A stretch of 64,000 bases of DNA, from assembly GCF_963921235.1 (NCBI RefSeq), contig NC_086097.1, positions 46,316,001-46,380,000 of the forward strand. Reading direction: 5' to 3'. Below, piece after piece: positions 50,050-64,000 of the stretch; within the stretch, counting starts at the first letter, position 1; each line of letters begins with the position of its first letter. Source of the DNA: Mobula hypostoma. Its lineage: Eukaryota. A model generated the notes under the pieces. That model ran no database searches. It was not told the origin of the DNA and saw only the letters and a program-made list of their open reading frames with translations. The position numbers were made by a program, and so were the translations under genes.

Positions 50050-51661
50050 CAGGTTTCCCCCCACCATCCGAAGGTACAGCATTCCTACGAAACGGTTCGT
50101 AAGCCAGAATGTCGTAAAGCGAAGAAGCAATTACCATTTATTTATATGGGAAAAATTTTTGCGCGTTCTCAGACCCAGAAATAACCTATCAAATCATGCC
50201 AAATAACACATAAAACCTAAAATAACAGTAACATACAGTAAAAGCAGGAATGATATGACAAATACACAGCCTATATAAAGTAGAAATACTTCTCTACAAT
50301 CATTGCCTGCACTGTTCTCCATAGCAAAAATCTCACGCAAGCGCTCTCAGCAGAAACACTCTCTCCAGTAACCTTTAAGCTATGAAGCTGCCAAATCATA
50401 CCAAATAATGCATAAAAATACACAGCCTATATAAAGTAGAAATAATGTATGTACAGTGTAATATCACTTACCGGAATCGGGAAGACAGCACCGAGCACAC
50501 TGATGATGGTGTGTTAGGCTGAGTCGTCAGAGGTTGGGGTGGTGCAGTGGTCCCCAACCTCTGGGCCACCGACCAATACCAATCCGCGACGCATACAGGG
50601 GTACAGCGGTGGCCGGGACGCACCCAGCACATCTTTAAGAAAAAAGCCCAAATAAACAAGCTAAATTAATTAGGTGCCGCCCAGCAATTAGATATCGGCC
50701 CAGATCAGAGGCGATTGTCGATTGTGTCGCCTCTGATCTGGGCCAACATTTACGTGCCGAGCGGCACCTAATTAATTAGCTTGTTTATTTCTGCTTTTTT
50801 TCTTAAAGATGTGCTGGGTGCGTCCCGCCTACCGTTGCATTCTCTGCAAATCAGTATCTGTCCGTGGCCCGGGGGTTGGGGTGGTGGGACACTGAGGTGT
50901 CGTCTGTTTCCATCAGGGCAGGCAGGTCATTTTCTATGTCTGCCTGCCTCGATGTCGAAGGTCGAGGTTCGTCGTCTGTTGTGGCTGATGTGGAAGGCTT
51001 GCTTGACTGCTAGCCTTGTGCATTTTCCTATCATACAGTTCTTTGTAAGCACTCAAACCATCTTGCAAATAAGCCTTAAACCGACGTACCCTTTCAAAAT
51101 TAAAGTCGTACTTTCCTGCAATTATTGCAGCAAAAATCTGAAGCAGTTGCTTTACATTCAGTTCCTGGATGACTTCACTTTCGGTCCGTTCGATACTGCA
51201 TTCAGTTTCAATTGTTATCCTTTCCTCTTCCAATTGCATCAGCTCTTCATCTATCAGTTCTTGGTCATAGGATGTCAAAACCTCTTCAACATCATCTTCG
51301 TCAACTTCCACAAGCCAAACTCACTTTGTCCTTACTTCGTTCACCACGATCAAAACACTTAATTATGTCTAGTTTTACGCTAAGTGTAACACCCTTACGA
51401 GCTCTTTCAGGCTTTTCCGATACCTTAGAACTCATCTTGCTAACGGCTGCTCACAGGCACTTGTTTAAGCAATGCCGGCTAGAATGCAGTTCCGAATCCA
51501 GGGGAGGAGCAGCTGCTCAGGACGCGCACTGCTTTTTTTTCACGCACTGCCTTTTTTCGTAACAGTGAAAACACCTTGTTAGCCAAAACAGGGAACTAAT
51601 GTAGGTCCTTCGTAACAGCGAGGTTTTGTAACGCGAATGTTCGAAAAGCGGGGGACACCTG
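50050..51661 (-). mobile_element. Tigger/pogo-like non-autonomous DNA transposon containing an internal palindromic MITE
   Basis: TA-CAGGTTTCCCC / GGGGACACCTG-TA termini; TIGD1-like C-terminal EVDEDDVEEVL...ELIDEELMQLEE at 50934-51311. Confidence 0.85.
50545..50881. repeat. hAT-type MITE-like long imperfect palindrome
   Basis: CAGTGGTCCCCAACC start; ~100-bp arms centred near 50720. Confidence 0.7.
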
Positions 51662-53059
51662 TATATGCAAGCAATCAAGGTGACCAAGGTGATTTTATTT
51701 TTACATAGTCACATCTGCTACAAAGTTAGGATACCACATTCTGAAAGAAAAGATACTAAGCTACCCTAAACATCAAGTAAATGAGCAATAACACAGATCT
51801 TAGCCAACTCTCAAATGTTATAGGACTGTAAGCTTTGTGATTTTCTGCATCCCTGCTCTGTTCTACTAACATTAATTTTGCTAATAACTATGATAAGGAC
51901 AACGGATGGCTTTCTTGACTGAAAAGTCATTTAAATAGACTTCAAATAGGCCTTGCTATCCAAGCAATTTAGTTATTTAAAAATCACTTCTCACCATATG
52001 TACAAGCAAAATGCTCTCAGTAAGTGGCTGTCAGAAATACTGAGGCAAATGCTTCACACACCACAAACTGCTCACAGACAAGATGTATGAAGAAAGCCTT
52101 CCTGCTACAATCAAGAAATAAAGGATTAAATCTATGCGTGTTGTTTACTAAATGACTTATTGTTTTCTTCATTTCACATGTAATATAATTTTCTGATGAC
52201 ATCAAAATGCATTTTGAAAAGATTTAGCTGCAGAATAACAAAGATTTCTATCTGCTCATCCACAGCACAATATATTTTTAAGAAGCTCAACTTAAGAAGC
52301 TCATTTAAGATGTCAACTGAGAAAAATCTTTTTTTAAAAAAAACAAATGACTTAAGAGCATGGTAATGAATGAATGCAAACCATACTATTTGTGCGTAGA
52401 TCAATAATAATGCAATGCTACTTAACAGTATGCATTAATATCTGATATTGTTGATAATACCATCACCTGAGGTACAGGTTTCATCTCAGTCATTAATACA
52501 CACCCCAAGTTTTCTGATGCCACTGTGCTTGTAAAATTCTCACCAAATCCGGTATCTCTTACATCCCAGATTCACTGAGCATCATGTATCCCAAACCTTT
52601 CTCCACATTTCAAGGGTATCAGAGGGCCTCAAAAGGTTTATTTTTCGGTGCTTTCAAATATTTACATGCTGACCAGGCAATATTACAAAATAAAGTCAAG
52701 TTTCCATACACCAGTTAACATCTAGTTCTAACACATCGAACACTATCCAGTTCTAATGCATTTCACTGTATGTTTCGACGTACATGTGTTAAATCTGAAT
52801 CTGGATCTAATCATTCTAACAGTGATACCCCATTTAGCCCGAGATGAATTACCAACTCACAATTTCCCTACCACCATGACCATCAACATGATTTCTGCAA
52901 AATCAATGATGTCACTTCTTCCAGGGGCTTTATTGCTGCTGAAACTATTCCACACCTGTTACCACCATGATGGATTACTCAAGCATTCTCTTAGCTAAAC
53001 AAACACCTTCTACTAATAATAGACAATCTTATCTAAAAACTTTCTACATATATCCTAAT

Positions 53060-53420
53060 TCACATAACACTCCATTCACATTACCAATGTGCTCACTGAC
53101 TTAAAACTGGCTCCCAGTCCATCCATATACACTTGAGAAATTCCCATACTGGTTTTCCAAAAGCCTTCACGGCCTTGTTCCTCTCCATTGCTCACATCTC
53201 CTCCAATATCACAACCCACTGAAATCTCAAGTGGCTCTAGTGTTGATCACTTAATATCCCCATGCCTTAAGGTATCCAGGTACTAAGTTTGGAAATTCTC
53301 AACATAACCTTCTTCCTTCAAGATGTATTTTAAAACCCAGCTCACCTTATGTATCTTATGTGACCCCAGTCAAATCTGGTTTCATTCTCTTGTAAAAGTT
53401 TGCAGTATTGAATACCAAAA
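53060..53420 (+). mobile_element. Ancient L2 3' fragment
   Basis: HIT.VL.DL.WLPV-like motif; similar antisense remnant at ~15430-15530. Confidence 0.55.
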
Positions 53421-55209
53421 AGATGTCAATGATTAACTGAAGAATAATAGCACAACATATTGACAGTACTTTGGACATTTACCATGAAGCAACTTTCAGT
53501 GCTGAACTTGATTTTAAAGTCTCTAAAACAGTGCAAAGAAAGAGATACACACACACACCCTTTTCCTTGGTGGTACATTCCGCAAAGAGCTGCGGTGAAT
53601 GTGGGGAGTCAATTATACTTCTCTCCAAATGCCAATAAACTAACATTGCTTTTTGACAAACAGAGAGCAGGTTCATGCAGAACTACTGTAGTAGTTGAGC
53701 TCCAAATTAATGGCCAGTGCAAGTCAAGGTTCAGCCTCACGGCTTTCGAATTCCCTACCCAAATGTGTAACTATCACCCAGTCAATCAGTTACTGCAGAA
53801 TTTTTATTGTAAGGTTTCTTCTTAGAAATGACTTTCAATAAAGGAACAAGTATATACTTAGAACGAATATTAAGGACATGTACCAACTTAACCCAGTTCT
53901 AAGCATCACTATATTATTGCACTGATTATTTACTATACTGCATATTTCAACATAACAATTCACTCCAGATTACCATTCTAAGATTTCTCTGTTTATGTCA
54001 CACAAATGATAACTTTTAAGGTTAAACCGCATTTCAACACTATTTTTAAACAGCAAAGTTCAAATCTGTTTGGATTCTGTACGTTGGATGATACTTGGAA
54101 GCAGCACTGAAAGTAGCAGGGGTACAGAATATAATATGGATGGGCGATTTCAATATCCAACACCAGAAGTAGCTTGGAAGCACTACTACTGGTCAAGCTG
54201 GCCAATTCCCACAGAATACATCTGCTAGATTGGGCCTCTCACTGTAGTGATACCACAGCAAGAATACTTGACCACATCTTCATCCAGCTGCCTGTGCTAA
54301 ATGTATCTGTCCACAATAGCAAAAATAAGTGACCAAACACAAGGCCTTGTGAAGGCAATACCTATTCTTTACATCAGGGTCACTTTCCGTGGTATTGTGC
54401 GGCAGTATCAAAACAGATCTGGCATCTCAAAGTTGGACAGTTATGACGCACTGTGGATGATAAGCAAATGAAATGGCAGATCCTTCATTCTCCCATTACT
54501 GTCAAGCCAGCTGAGGAAGTGCTAAAGGGCTTGCTGGAAGCTTACATAAGGATGAGGTACCAGCATAAAGATGCTGCAATACAAGACTAACTGCAGAAAA
54601 CAGAAGCTGCATGCAAGAGAGACAACAGATCAGAATAAACCTTTGCAGTCCTGCACAGTTAGTCTTGAATAATGGTGGATAATAACTATATTCCCAGCAT
54701 TAACAATGGCTCAAACAAATTTCAAGCAGTGGCACCCAATCAACCATCCTAAGTATTAATTCACTCTACCACTAGTACACAGCAGTGGCACTGTATTGAA
54801 ATGTACACCATCCAGAAAATGCACTGCAATTACTTGCTCAAGCAACTACACATGCCTCCCAAATCTTCAAGCTCTACAAACAAGAAGGACGAATGCAGCA
54901 GGTGTATTAGAACAAAATCAACTACAAGATCTCCTCCAACATCTAAGTAGCTTGCCTCAATCTTTGCTGGGTCTAAATTCTGAAATTTCCTACCCAACAG
55001 CATCATATCAGAAGGTCTGCAGTAGTTCAAGAAATTAGCTCACCAGCCTCTTCTCAAGTGCACTTGGGAATGGATGACAAATACTGGCCTACCAGCAACA
55101 TTGAGATGGCAGAAAATGAATTTATTAGAAAGCCATGTTGTTTCATACCAGATCCTTCTTAAGGAAGCCAGATTCAAATCAATTCCTGTTCAATTACCCA
55201 TATACAACC

Positions 55210-55535
55210 CAGGCAGCACCTTGGTATGGTTAGTACGGCTGCTGCCTCGCAGTTCCAGCAACCAAGATTCACACTGAACTCTGGCACTGACTGTGTGGAC
55301 TTTGTACATTGTCTGTTATCTCTATGTGGGTTTACTCCAGCTGCTCCAAGTTCCCTCCCACATCTCAAGGAAACATGGGTGGGTCAGTTAATTAGCTACT
55401 GTTTATTGCCCCTAATGTGTAAGCAAATGATAAAATCTGGGGAACATGACGAATCGTGGAGAGAACTAAATGAGATTAATGTAGCTTTAGTAGAAATAAT
55501 TGGGTGATGGTCGAGGGGCCTATCCCATCACAATG
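55210..55535 (+). mobile_element. V-SINE-like element
   Basis: GGCAGCAC...GGTTAG tRNA-like head; TGTGTGGACTTTGTACATT...CCTCCCACATC V-domain. Confidence 0.7.
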
Positions 55536-56374
55536 AATTTAACAGATGGAAAATATCCGTAAAGCATGCACATGATGATCCAAGCAAAAATATTATCAGG
55601 ATATAACAATTCAGGACAAAAATCAGAATCTGTGGAAACAAAAAGAATCAAAATTTCTGATTTGTAGATTTGACAGACTTTTGCTTCCCAAACTAATCAG
55701 AATTTCACTTTCAAAATAATAATCTTTCTAGATTAAATAATGTCAATAAATTATACATAATAATGGAAAACTACTGGGTCTAATATTACGTTATAAATGG
55801 TTGTAATTAAATGTGTTACCCATTTCAAGTAAAATTCAATAACAGCCAATTTTTCAAGACCTTGTACAACAACCAAGAATAAAGTTACGAGCATCTTCAT
55901 ACCGTTTTATATTTTTACAAGTATTAAGAATCCTTGAACTATTCATCTGTAAGCCAACAGCTACATTTTCTCTCAAAAATCTGTAATGATGTCGCAGAGG
56001 TTGGATGTAATCTGTCCAAGATCCTCAAAAATTGCATTGTTGTAGTTAGTCTTAAGAACTACACTTCCTGCTGCTATTAAACTGGTGTCAAAATTGTGAA
56101 ACATAATTTCATTGAACACATTTCAGAACAATTAATTACCAAATGGGCATAAAGAAAAATACCAGTTTACTTATTGGGACTTTCAAATATATAAAACACA
56201 TGAAGTGCAAAAGCTCTAAGGATTGCTTTATAATTGTGTTTTTTTGCATTTTTTAAAAATTGTGTTCTTTACGCTTATCGTGTTTCCTATGATGCATTGG
56301 ATCCGGAAAAACACTAACTTCTTTCACCTTTACACTTGAATGACAATTAACAATCTTGAATAATAATGAAAGTT

Positions 56375-56485
56375 TACTGGAATTATGGGCTGAGTGCAGG
56401 TCGGTGGGACTAGGTGAGAGTAAAAGTTCGGCACGGACTAGAAGGGCTGAGATGGCCTGTTTCCGTGCTGTAATTGTTATATGGA
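56375..56485 (+). mobile_element. Short CR1 3' end
   Basis: GGCACGGACTAGAAGGGCTGAGATGGCCTGTTTCCGTGCTGTA 3' terminus. Confidence 0.7.
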
Positions 56486-57379
56486 AATCATTCTGGGTGT
56501 GCATATTATCTGCCATTTAACAATTTTTTTAAAAAAAAACTTAGAAAAGCACTGCATCCGGCTGATTACAACTAAAACCTTCCAACCCAAAAGGTTATTC
56601 ATTAAATTTTCAATACCATACACTAGCTGGGAATGCACTAGCACAGGGAATGCAATATCATGTAACTAAAAGTGAGGAGGATAAAAGAAAATGGGAAAAG
56701 TTTAACACAAATGATACTCTTAGTAAATTTGCCATAACACAATTATATCATAATACATGAAACCAGCCATCTTTATATTATATGGCTTTTTTTTTTAAAT
56801 TAAGGGAATCTCAACAAGTGCTCAGGCAACAGATCAGATTTACAGCTAAAATCTCACACCAATTATTAAACTGCCCCAGGAAACTTAATAAGCTTCACAA
56901 GATTATCACTCAGAACATAAAGTTAAAGATATTACTTTAAGCAAGAAAGGGGTCTCAACTCAAAAATACTATTTGAAGTGTATTATAAATAATTACACAC
57001 CAAACTGGAGCAAGATCTTTTCCTTCGCATTATTTTCTTTCTAAGCAGCTAAACAAAGGAAATAGCAACTATTGTATTAGTAGTCTAATAGCATTGAGAT
57101 TACTTCAACATGAAACCCAAACAAATTATATCCAAGGGATATTTTCTTAGACAAATGACAAACATCATAATGGGAGGTCCTCATGAAAGATCCTAGACCT
57201 AACCATATTCAGCTTCTGCACTAACAGGCATGAAGAGGTCACTAATAATTTTCCCACTGAGTAATCTCCTCCATTCTGGCTGAGATATTCACTGATCCAT
57301 TGCCACTCATAGATCACTTCCTGAAATTCCCTACCATTAAACTACCTCATAGGCACCATATTTTCAAGTCCTCGAAGAG

Positions 57380-57685
57380 GACCACAATCTTGTTGGAGGG
57401 TTGGAAGGTTTGTGTGCCTCAATGGCCCTGAGAACTATGTTGGTTGGAGACAGGGTCGTGTAGTTTAGCTCTTGGTAGGATTACCCATGCCAAATGGGTC
57501 AAAGGGAAGAGGTCACACTAAGAATGGTTGACCAGTCCTCCAGGTTTGGGGGTTCAGCTCAGGCCAACAACTCTGAGTGATCAAAAATAAAAAGTTACAA
57601 AAACAGCAATCAAGAGTCTTTCTATAACTGCACACATCAGCAATGGAGGACCTTCATTGCTGCCCTAAACGCCGGTGGCATGATC
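57380..57685 (+). mobile_element. Bipartite RTE-derived non-autonomous element (RTE 5' UTR fused to RTE 3' end)
   Basis: Head resembles RTE/Expander-BovB 5' UTRs (TGTGTGCCTCAATG..GAACTATG..GGTAGGATTACCCATG..GGGTC); tail TGGAGGACCTTCATTGCTGCCCTAAACGCC reads WRTFIAALNA. Confidence 0.55.
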
Positions 57686-60534
57686 TCTCCAAGTACAAAA
57701 AAATTAAGAAGGAAGCCCACAGCAATGGCCAACATGGATGCAGAAAATACCCAAATCCCAAGAACAATTTCTAATCAATGCACTGAAATACTATCAGTCC
57801 CAATTATTAAATGGATGTTAATAAAAAGTACAAAAGTACATAAAAACTTTGCAAGTGAAAATGTACAACCCTTCCCCATGGCGAAGGGACTTCCAAGCAT
57901 CATCTAACAATGCAGTTGAACTGTCTTTGATCTTCAGGTACTATATATATACTAATTTTAATGCATGTATTCTGCACTGCCATGAATGGAAGGTATAAGA
58001 ATACAATTTCAAACCATTTTATAATCTTGCCATTTGCCTTATATCAACATTAAACAAGAGTGTTTCCTGTAACGTATAACCACCAATTGCTGCTTTGGGT
58101 ATTTAACAAGGATTACATAGTGCTGTTCAAAACGAATTAATGCATTAATATTACTGATAAACCTGCAACATGGTTTCTAGTCTTGGTACTTACACATCCT
58201 CTGAAGAAGGTATCAATTGTATCAAAACATGGGATTGTTAATTCAACAAGAAACAAATAAACTGTTAATGAAGAACCCAAAAATAAAAGCATGTTCTGAT
58301 AAAAGCTACGTCAACTAGAAACATGAACCAAATATCTCTCAACAGATCCTGTCTGAATGTTTCCATATTTCCTCTAGTGTTTAGTTAGAAGAATAGGTTT
58401 GATGCTTTTAACGTGTCTAAGGCTTAGCTCAGTCATTTGAAATTTGTGAAACAACAATGTATGTGAAACACTTTGGGGGCAGGGGGGGAGAAGAGATGTT
58501 GCACTATAGTAACTGATACCCTCAAATATAAACTAAAATAAAACATAATACAGAGTTAGATCAATTATCTGAAACTGAAATAACAATTCATAGGCAAACA
58601 ACATATCTCAAGATCTGTGGGTAGTCTGCTAGTTAGTTTGGATTAAATAAAATTATGATCTGACACTCAAGGAACTTAGCTCAACTACCTGTATGTCTTT
58701 ATCTGCTTTTCCCAGACTTCAACGTAATTAGGGTGAGTCAAAACACCTGTATGGATGGCTTAATATTTTAAAAATCTATATGTTGTTAACTGATAATTGA
58801 TTCAATGTTACAGGAATAGCTTCTTCCCCTCTGCAATCATATTTCTGAACAGTTAATGTACACTATCTCATTATTCATCTTTTGCACTACTTATTACTGT
58901 AACTTGTTAAGCCTACTCTGTACTGTTGCCACAAAACTATAAATTTCATGGCTAATATCTGTGACAATAAACCTGATTCTGATTCATGTAAAACAAGGGA
59001 ACAAATTGTTTACAATTCAAGAATAGGCTAAAATTTATAAGGTTGGATAAAAAATGGTTTTGAAAACTTCAAATGTTAATCTCTGGAGTGTGATGGACAT
59101 CCAAGGGAAATGACAAATACAATTCTTAAAGTAAAATTAAATGTTCTTTTCAATAATTCATTTTTCTAGTATCAAATCCATGTGTTTCATGGTAACTTCT
59201 TAGATACTATTGAGACAGATTTCTACTGAAACTCCGCAAACACAGAGTGATATTTAGTATTAAAGGAACCTTAATATGATCACTTTCTAAACTGTAAAAT
59301 GAATAATAATCTAACAAAGTGTGTGATAGAACTTCCACTTACTTTGTACGCATCTGCAGACCCTTAATTATTTACAGAACTATTTCAAACTTGAACACCA
59401 TAGTAACAAAATTATTGCAGATACAAGAGTTAAAAAGTATAAGGATAAACATCTAAACTTCCTTTAACATTAGAAATATATAAATATATACAAGCAGCCC
59501 AAATGACTTAATTCTAATACAAGACGATACAAATATTCGGACATAAATAGCTCATAAAACCTTCAGTACAAAGATCTGATACAAGACAAATACATAGCAG
59601 CTTACATATTTCTAACCACATTATTAATACATACTAAACACCCTCCTTAATCAAATTCTGTAAGTGGAAATCGCAAGCAAAATTTTCCAGATTTTTTTAA
59701 AATTAAAAAGTACAAGTTTTATCAGCTATATATAGGAGGAGAATTAGACCATTTCGGCCATTGTGTCTGCTCTGTCATTTCATCGTGACTGATCCACTTT
59801 CTCACTGAGCCCCAATCTCCTGTCTTCTCCCCATATCCCTTCATGCCCTGACTAAATCAAGAATCTATCAACCTCTGCCATGTTCTATGAAAATATGATA
59901 GCACTATAAGGTACAAAGGCCAACAAGAAATTTAAAAATCGTATGAAAAATACAACTCATCTGTGATTTAGACAGTTGATTCAATTTTTAAGAGTGAATT
60001 CTGTCTAAAAGCTTGGCTTGGACTGGGGTGGGCAGGAAGCTCAATTCTGTGCTGTATAACTCTGATTTTAAAGCCAGTCAAGCCATTTTAGGTGTGTTGA
60101 TTTATTTAAGAAATAATCAAAACTAATCAATTGTCCCACATGCTTCCTTTGGCATCCATTAAACTTGGACTTTGTTGAACCTCAGAAGAAGCACTGCTAG
60201 CAAGAGCAACAATATTATGAATAATTTCACTGTTTCCCAAATCCTACCTCTATGTCAAAAATGAAGTTTTACATTATACTCCAAGTGCACAACATCAAAA
60301 ATAGAAGGAAGCAGAATCAATCTACTTGGATCTTCCATTTCTGACTCTTGTCTTATCCAAATAGAATTACTACTTTTCACTGAAGGCGAAGAATTTTTAA
60401 GCCTATCCGAAACCCACTAAAACTGAGCAGAAACCCTACTGACACAAACTTCTGTCAAAGGTGACTCAGAAAATCTCAAGAAATTTCACCCTTTTGTCTC
60501 TTTGTAAACGTACATCAAACTCAAGAATAAGCAA

Positions 60535-61420
60535 TAAAGGTTCATTTTATTGTCAAAATAAACATATACAATACAGCTCTGATATTTGTCTTCTCCAGAT
60601 AGCCATGAAATACCAAAAACCATGGTGTTATTGAAAGAAAATATATCAACCCACCCCACCCCCTGCACGGAAAAGAAAAAGAAACAAAACTCACAAACCC
60701 AAAACAGCCCCACCACCTCCCTCTCCTAAAAACTTTCCCATTTTCCCAGCCGGAAAATGGCAGCTATTACGTCAAAAACCCAAACCCCCACCCTCAAAAA
60801 AAATAGCAACAATAGCATCAAACCCCCAACCCCTCTCCCACACACATAGAAAAATATCAAGAGCATCAGACCCCAAATCCCCAACCCCTCCCTCGCACAA
60901 AAATTAACACATCGCCCACCCGCCAATTGGCAACAGGAAAGAAAACACAGAAAACTGAAGGAGACCAATATAAACTACAGTCCAATAATCACATAAAGCT
61001 CATTATTTTCAAAAACATCCGTCAGCATCAAGGAGACCGGCTGCACAAACCCAGTCCTTTCGTGAAGAGCAACCGCCACGCTGACCTGGATACCGACCTC
61101 CACTGACCCCACGGCATCCGTGGAGAACGACCATTGACTTCCTCAGCATTCGCCTCTATGCTTCAATCTTCCTCGACAATTAAACCATCAAAAAAAAATC
61201 ATAGCCCCATGCCCCTTCTCTGGTCTACTCCACGAGGCAGTTCATGCTCTTGGTCCTCTCCAGGGACAGCAGAGCACTAAGTCATTCAATCTAATTCTAA
61301 ACAGCATGTCACAGACTCCAATATTTTCTGAAACACAATTAAGATATAAAGGTAAGCAGAAGATGTAGACAAAGTGAAATAACTGAAGAGGTCAGCTATC
61401 TGGAAGATATCTGGAAGGCA
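60535..61420 (-). repeat. Non-coding interspersed repeat related to 29330-30820
   Basis: Shared termini and internal AC-rich repeats. Confidence 0.55.
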
Positions 61421-62164
61421 GATACATCATGCACTTGCTCACATCTGTTGTCTTTTAATAAAATATTGACTGATCCCAAACTTCTGTTTTCCTGCTCATC
61501 TCCATAATGTCCTTAGCATCCAAACTGGCGAGATTAGAGGCCAATCTAATACACTTTCACCTCGCGCAATGACCTCTTCAATTCAGGAAACATTTGTGTA
61601 AATTTAAGCTGCACCACCACCAAGGTAAGTACAGCCTGTCTCAGGAATGAATACCAAAATTGTACATGGTACCCCAGGTATAATATCTCCAAAACCCAAA
61701 ACATTTCTAGCAGATAACCTTACTTTTGCATTAAAAGCCAAGAACCCATTCACTTTTTCCTCCCCCAACTGTACGTCCTACTGAATAATTTTATGATTCA
61801 TGAACCTGCACTTCAAGATCTCTCTGCACACAAAAACTGACTGGCTTCTCAAATTTTCCTTATTTCTATTCTTCCTGTCAAAAGGACAACCACATTTTGC
61901 CATAATGCACTATGACCTCCTCTCCCCCCACCTCCCCCCATTTGTTCATTTGCTTAACCTTTGCAGGCTTTCTACGTCTTCCTCAATCAACTTTCTTACT
62001 TAGATTTGCATTATTGATAAACCTCAATCCATCACACTCTATATTTTTAATATATGGCATTAATATGACCTGTGAATTGCTTAAGACTCAATACTAATCT
62101 CTGTGGAATCTTAATAGATGCATCGCAAGCTCAAAAGCCAATTTATCTTCATGATAGAGGATTA

Positions 62165-62585
62165 AATTGGTAAATTGGTTTATTAATGTCACATGGTACA
62201 AGGAAAAAACTTGTCTTGCACACTGTCCTTACAGATCAATTCATTGAGATAGTACAAAGTAAAATAATAAGTGCAGAATAAAAGTGTAACAGCTGCACAG
62301 AAAGCGCAGTACAGGTAGATAGTAAGATACAAGGCCACAACAAAGTAAATTATGAGGTCAAGAATCTATCTTATTCTAGGAAAATTGTTCGATAGTCTTA
62401 TAATAGCAGGATAGAAGCTGTCCTTGAGCCCAGTGGTATGTGCTTTCAGGCTTTTTGCATCTTCTGCCTGATGGGAAGGGAAGAATAGAGAATATTAGGC
62501 TGGGCGGGATATTTGATCATGCTGACTGTTTTACTGAGGCTGTTTTCCAATGATGTACTGATCTGCATTTACAACTCTTTTGCAG
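62165..62585 (-). mobile_element. Rex/L2 LINE 3' fragment
   Basis: Same 3' UTR family as the host repeat at 41790-43000. Confidence 0.7.
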
Positions 62586-64000
62586 TTAAAGAACAGAAAT
62601 AGAAAAATCAAATGTTACCGCTCCCTACCCCATCTTCTTATGTAGTACTTTCTCAGAGGCATTTTGAAAACCAGATTAATTACATCTACTTGTTCTCTCT
62701 TTACTACCATGGAAGACATTTCTACAAATGCTTTTTAGAAATCTGTATATGACAGCTGCAGTCACTTTACTTAACTAGTAACATTCTCAAAAAGTGTTTT
62801 AAATAGATTACGGATTAATAAATGAATAAATCCAAGTGCACAAAATCACATTACAATACACACTTGTGTTACAAAGGAGACGCATGCCTAGAAAATGACC
62901 CGTATTAAAATTTTTCTTAATGCGAACCCCTGACAAAATTTGTGGTTTCTTTTGCAATGGGCTTAATTGGCTTTCCCCTCCCCCCAGATAAAATCCATAA
63001 GAGCAATTTTTTTATTCCACATCTCAAAATATTTTGATGGTGATTTGTAATTCTGTATAAGTGAACTATTACCCAAAATGCTAAAACTAAAACTCAAAGT
63101 AAAAAGTCGCATTTTTATTCTACAAGAATCATAATATGCTGTTACAAATCTCTCCCTACATGAAATCTAATTTCTATAATACTGACTAGCTAGCTTTACT
63201 ATAAACCTAATGTACAGAAGCTTACTAAGGACAACAAAACCATGAACCTGAAGCCAGTGCAGTTTTTAAATTACAAATTGTTAAGAACTATACAAACAGA
63301 TAAAGCTCAAAAGGTAGAGTTCCTTCCATATCTGCAAAATTTCATACATGCTAATATATTTTATAGGTTTATTGAAATGACTATTGCTGCACTGTTAAAG
63401 GTTTTTTTCTACCGTATTATCTTGAATGACCCATATTCTCATGAGTTCAGAAGCATGGATATTTAAATATTTGAGATGACCCATATAGCATTGATAGCTG
63501 TTAAAAATACTAGTCTCATACTACATAGTAAATATGATAAAGTTTACTAGATGCAAGGTGCAAAATGTATATTAAAAAATCCTTCAACATCTTAAATACA
63601 TCTGCATTGTTGATTAAAACAAAAGACTGATGGAAAAAATACTGCTATGGGAACTGTAATGTTACATAGCTAACTTCAAAATGATTACACTGAACTAAAA
63701 TAATTTAACAATTTTGTATCATTTTAATAGTGGCAGAAAAGGCATCAGAGACACAGGAAAAGGTAAAACTAACTCTACAGGAGAAACTATTTAGCTCTAA
63801 GTTTAAAAATTGGCAATGGAAATAAACAAAGTAAAAATTAACAAATTTCCAGGGCCAGGCTGTTCTCCACTCAAATACAGGAACATAAGAAAATAAGAGT
63901 AACGGTAACCCATTTTGACCCCTAGCCATGGTCTGTCACTCAATGGGTTCATGATTAACACCCCCTTTCCACTTTCTCCACATTTCAACAAAAGACATGG

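Noticed and set aside
58293..58330. Additional hammerhead (CTGATAA...GAAACATG)
   Set aside because: Core and cleavage triplet are mutated; at most an ancient PLE remnant.

Overview
AT-rich, repeat-dense vertebrate genomic DNA. The repeat spectrum (esterase-ORF1 CR1 LINEs, Rex1/Babar-L2-group LINEs, Penelope-like elements, V-SINEs, RLE-type HERO-like LINEs, Tc1/Tigger, hAT and PIF/Harbinger DNA transposons) suggests a cartilaginous fish, most likely a ray; this is inference. No intact host protein-coding gene is recognisable: nearly all long ORFs are transposon-derived, and only a few weak minus-strand exon candidates remain. Two signals stand out. (1) The 3' UTR of a HERO-like LINE (12171-12286, minus; decayed second copy at 45655-45784, plus) holds every hammerhead-ribozyme core element in a non-circularly permuted, multi-pseudoknot order. 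(2) A series of Penelope-like insertions each carry a target-site duplication (TSD) and a fold-back inverted arm that consistently starts about 35-40 nt inside the 3' end, including a near-perfect 1.3-kb palindrome centred on 25124. Most of these elements also carry minimal, dimer-type hammerhead ribozymes. Boundaries of old repeats are approximate.
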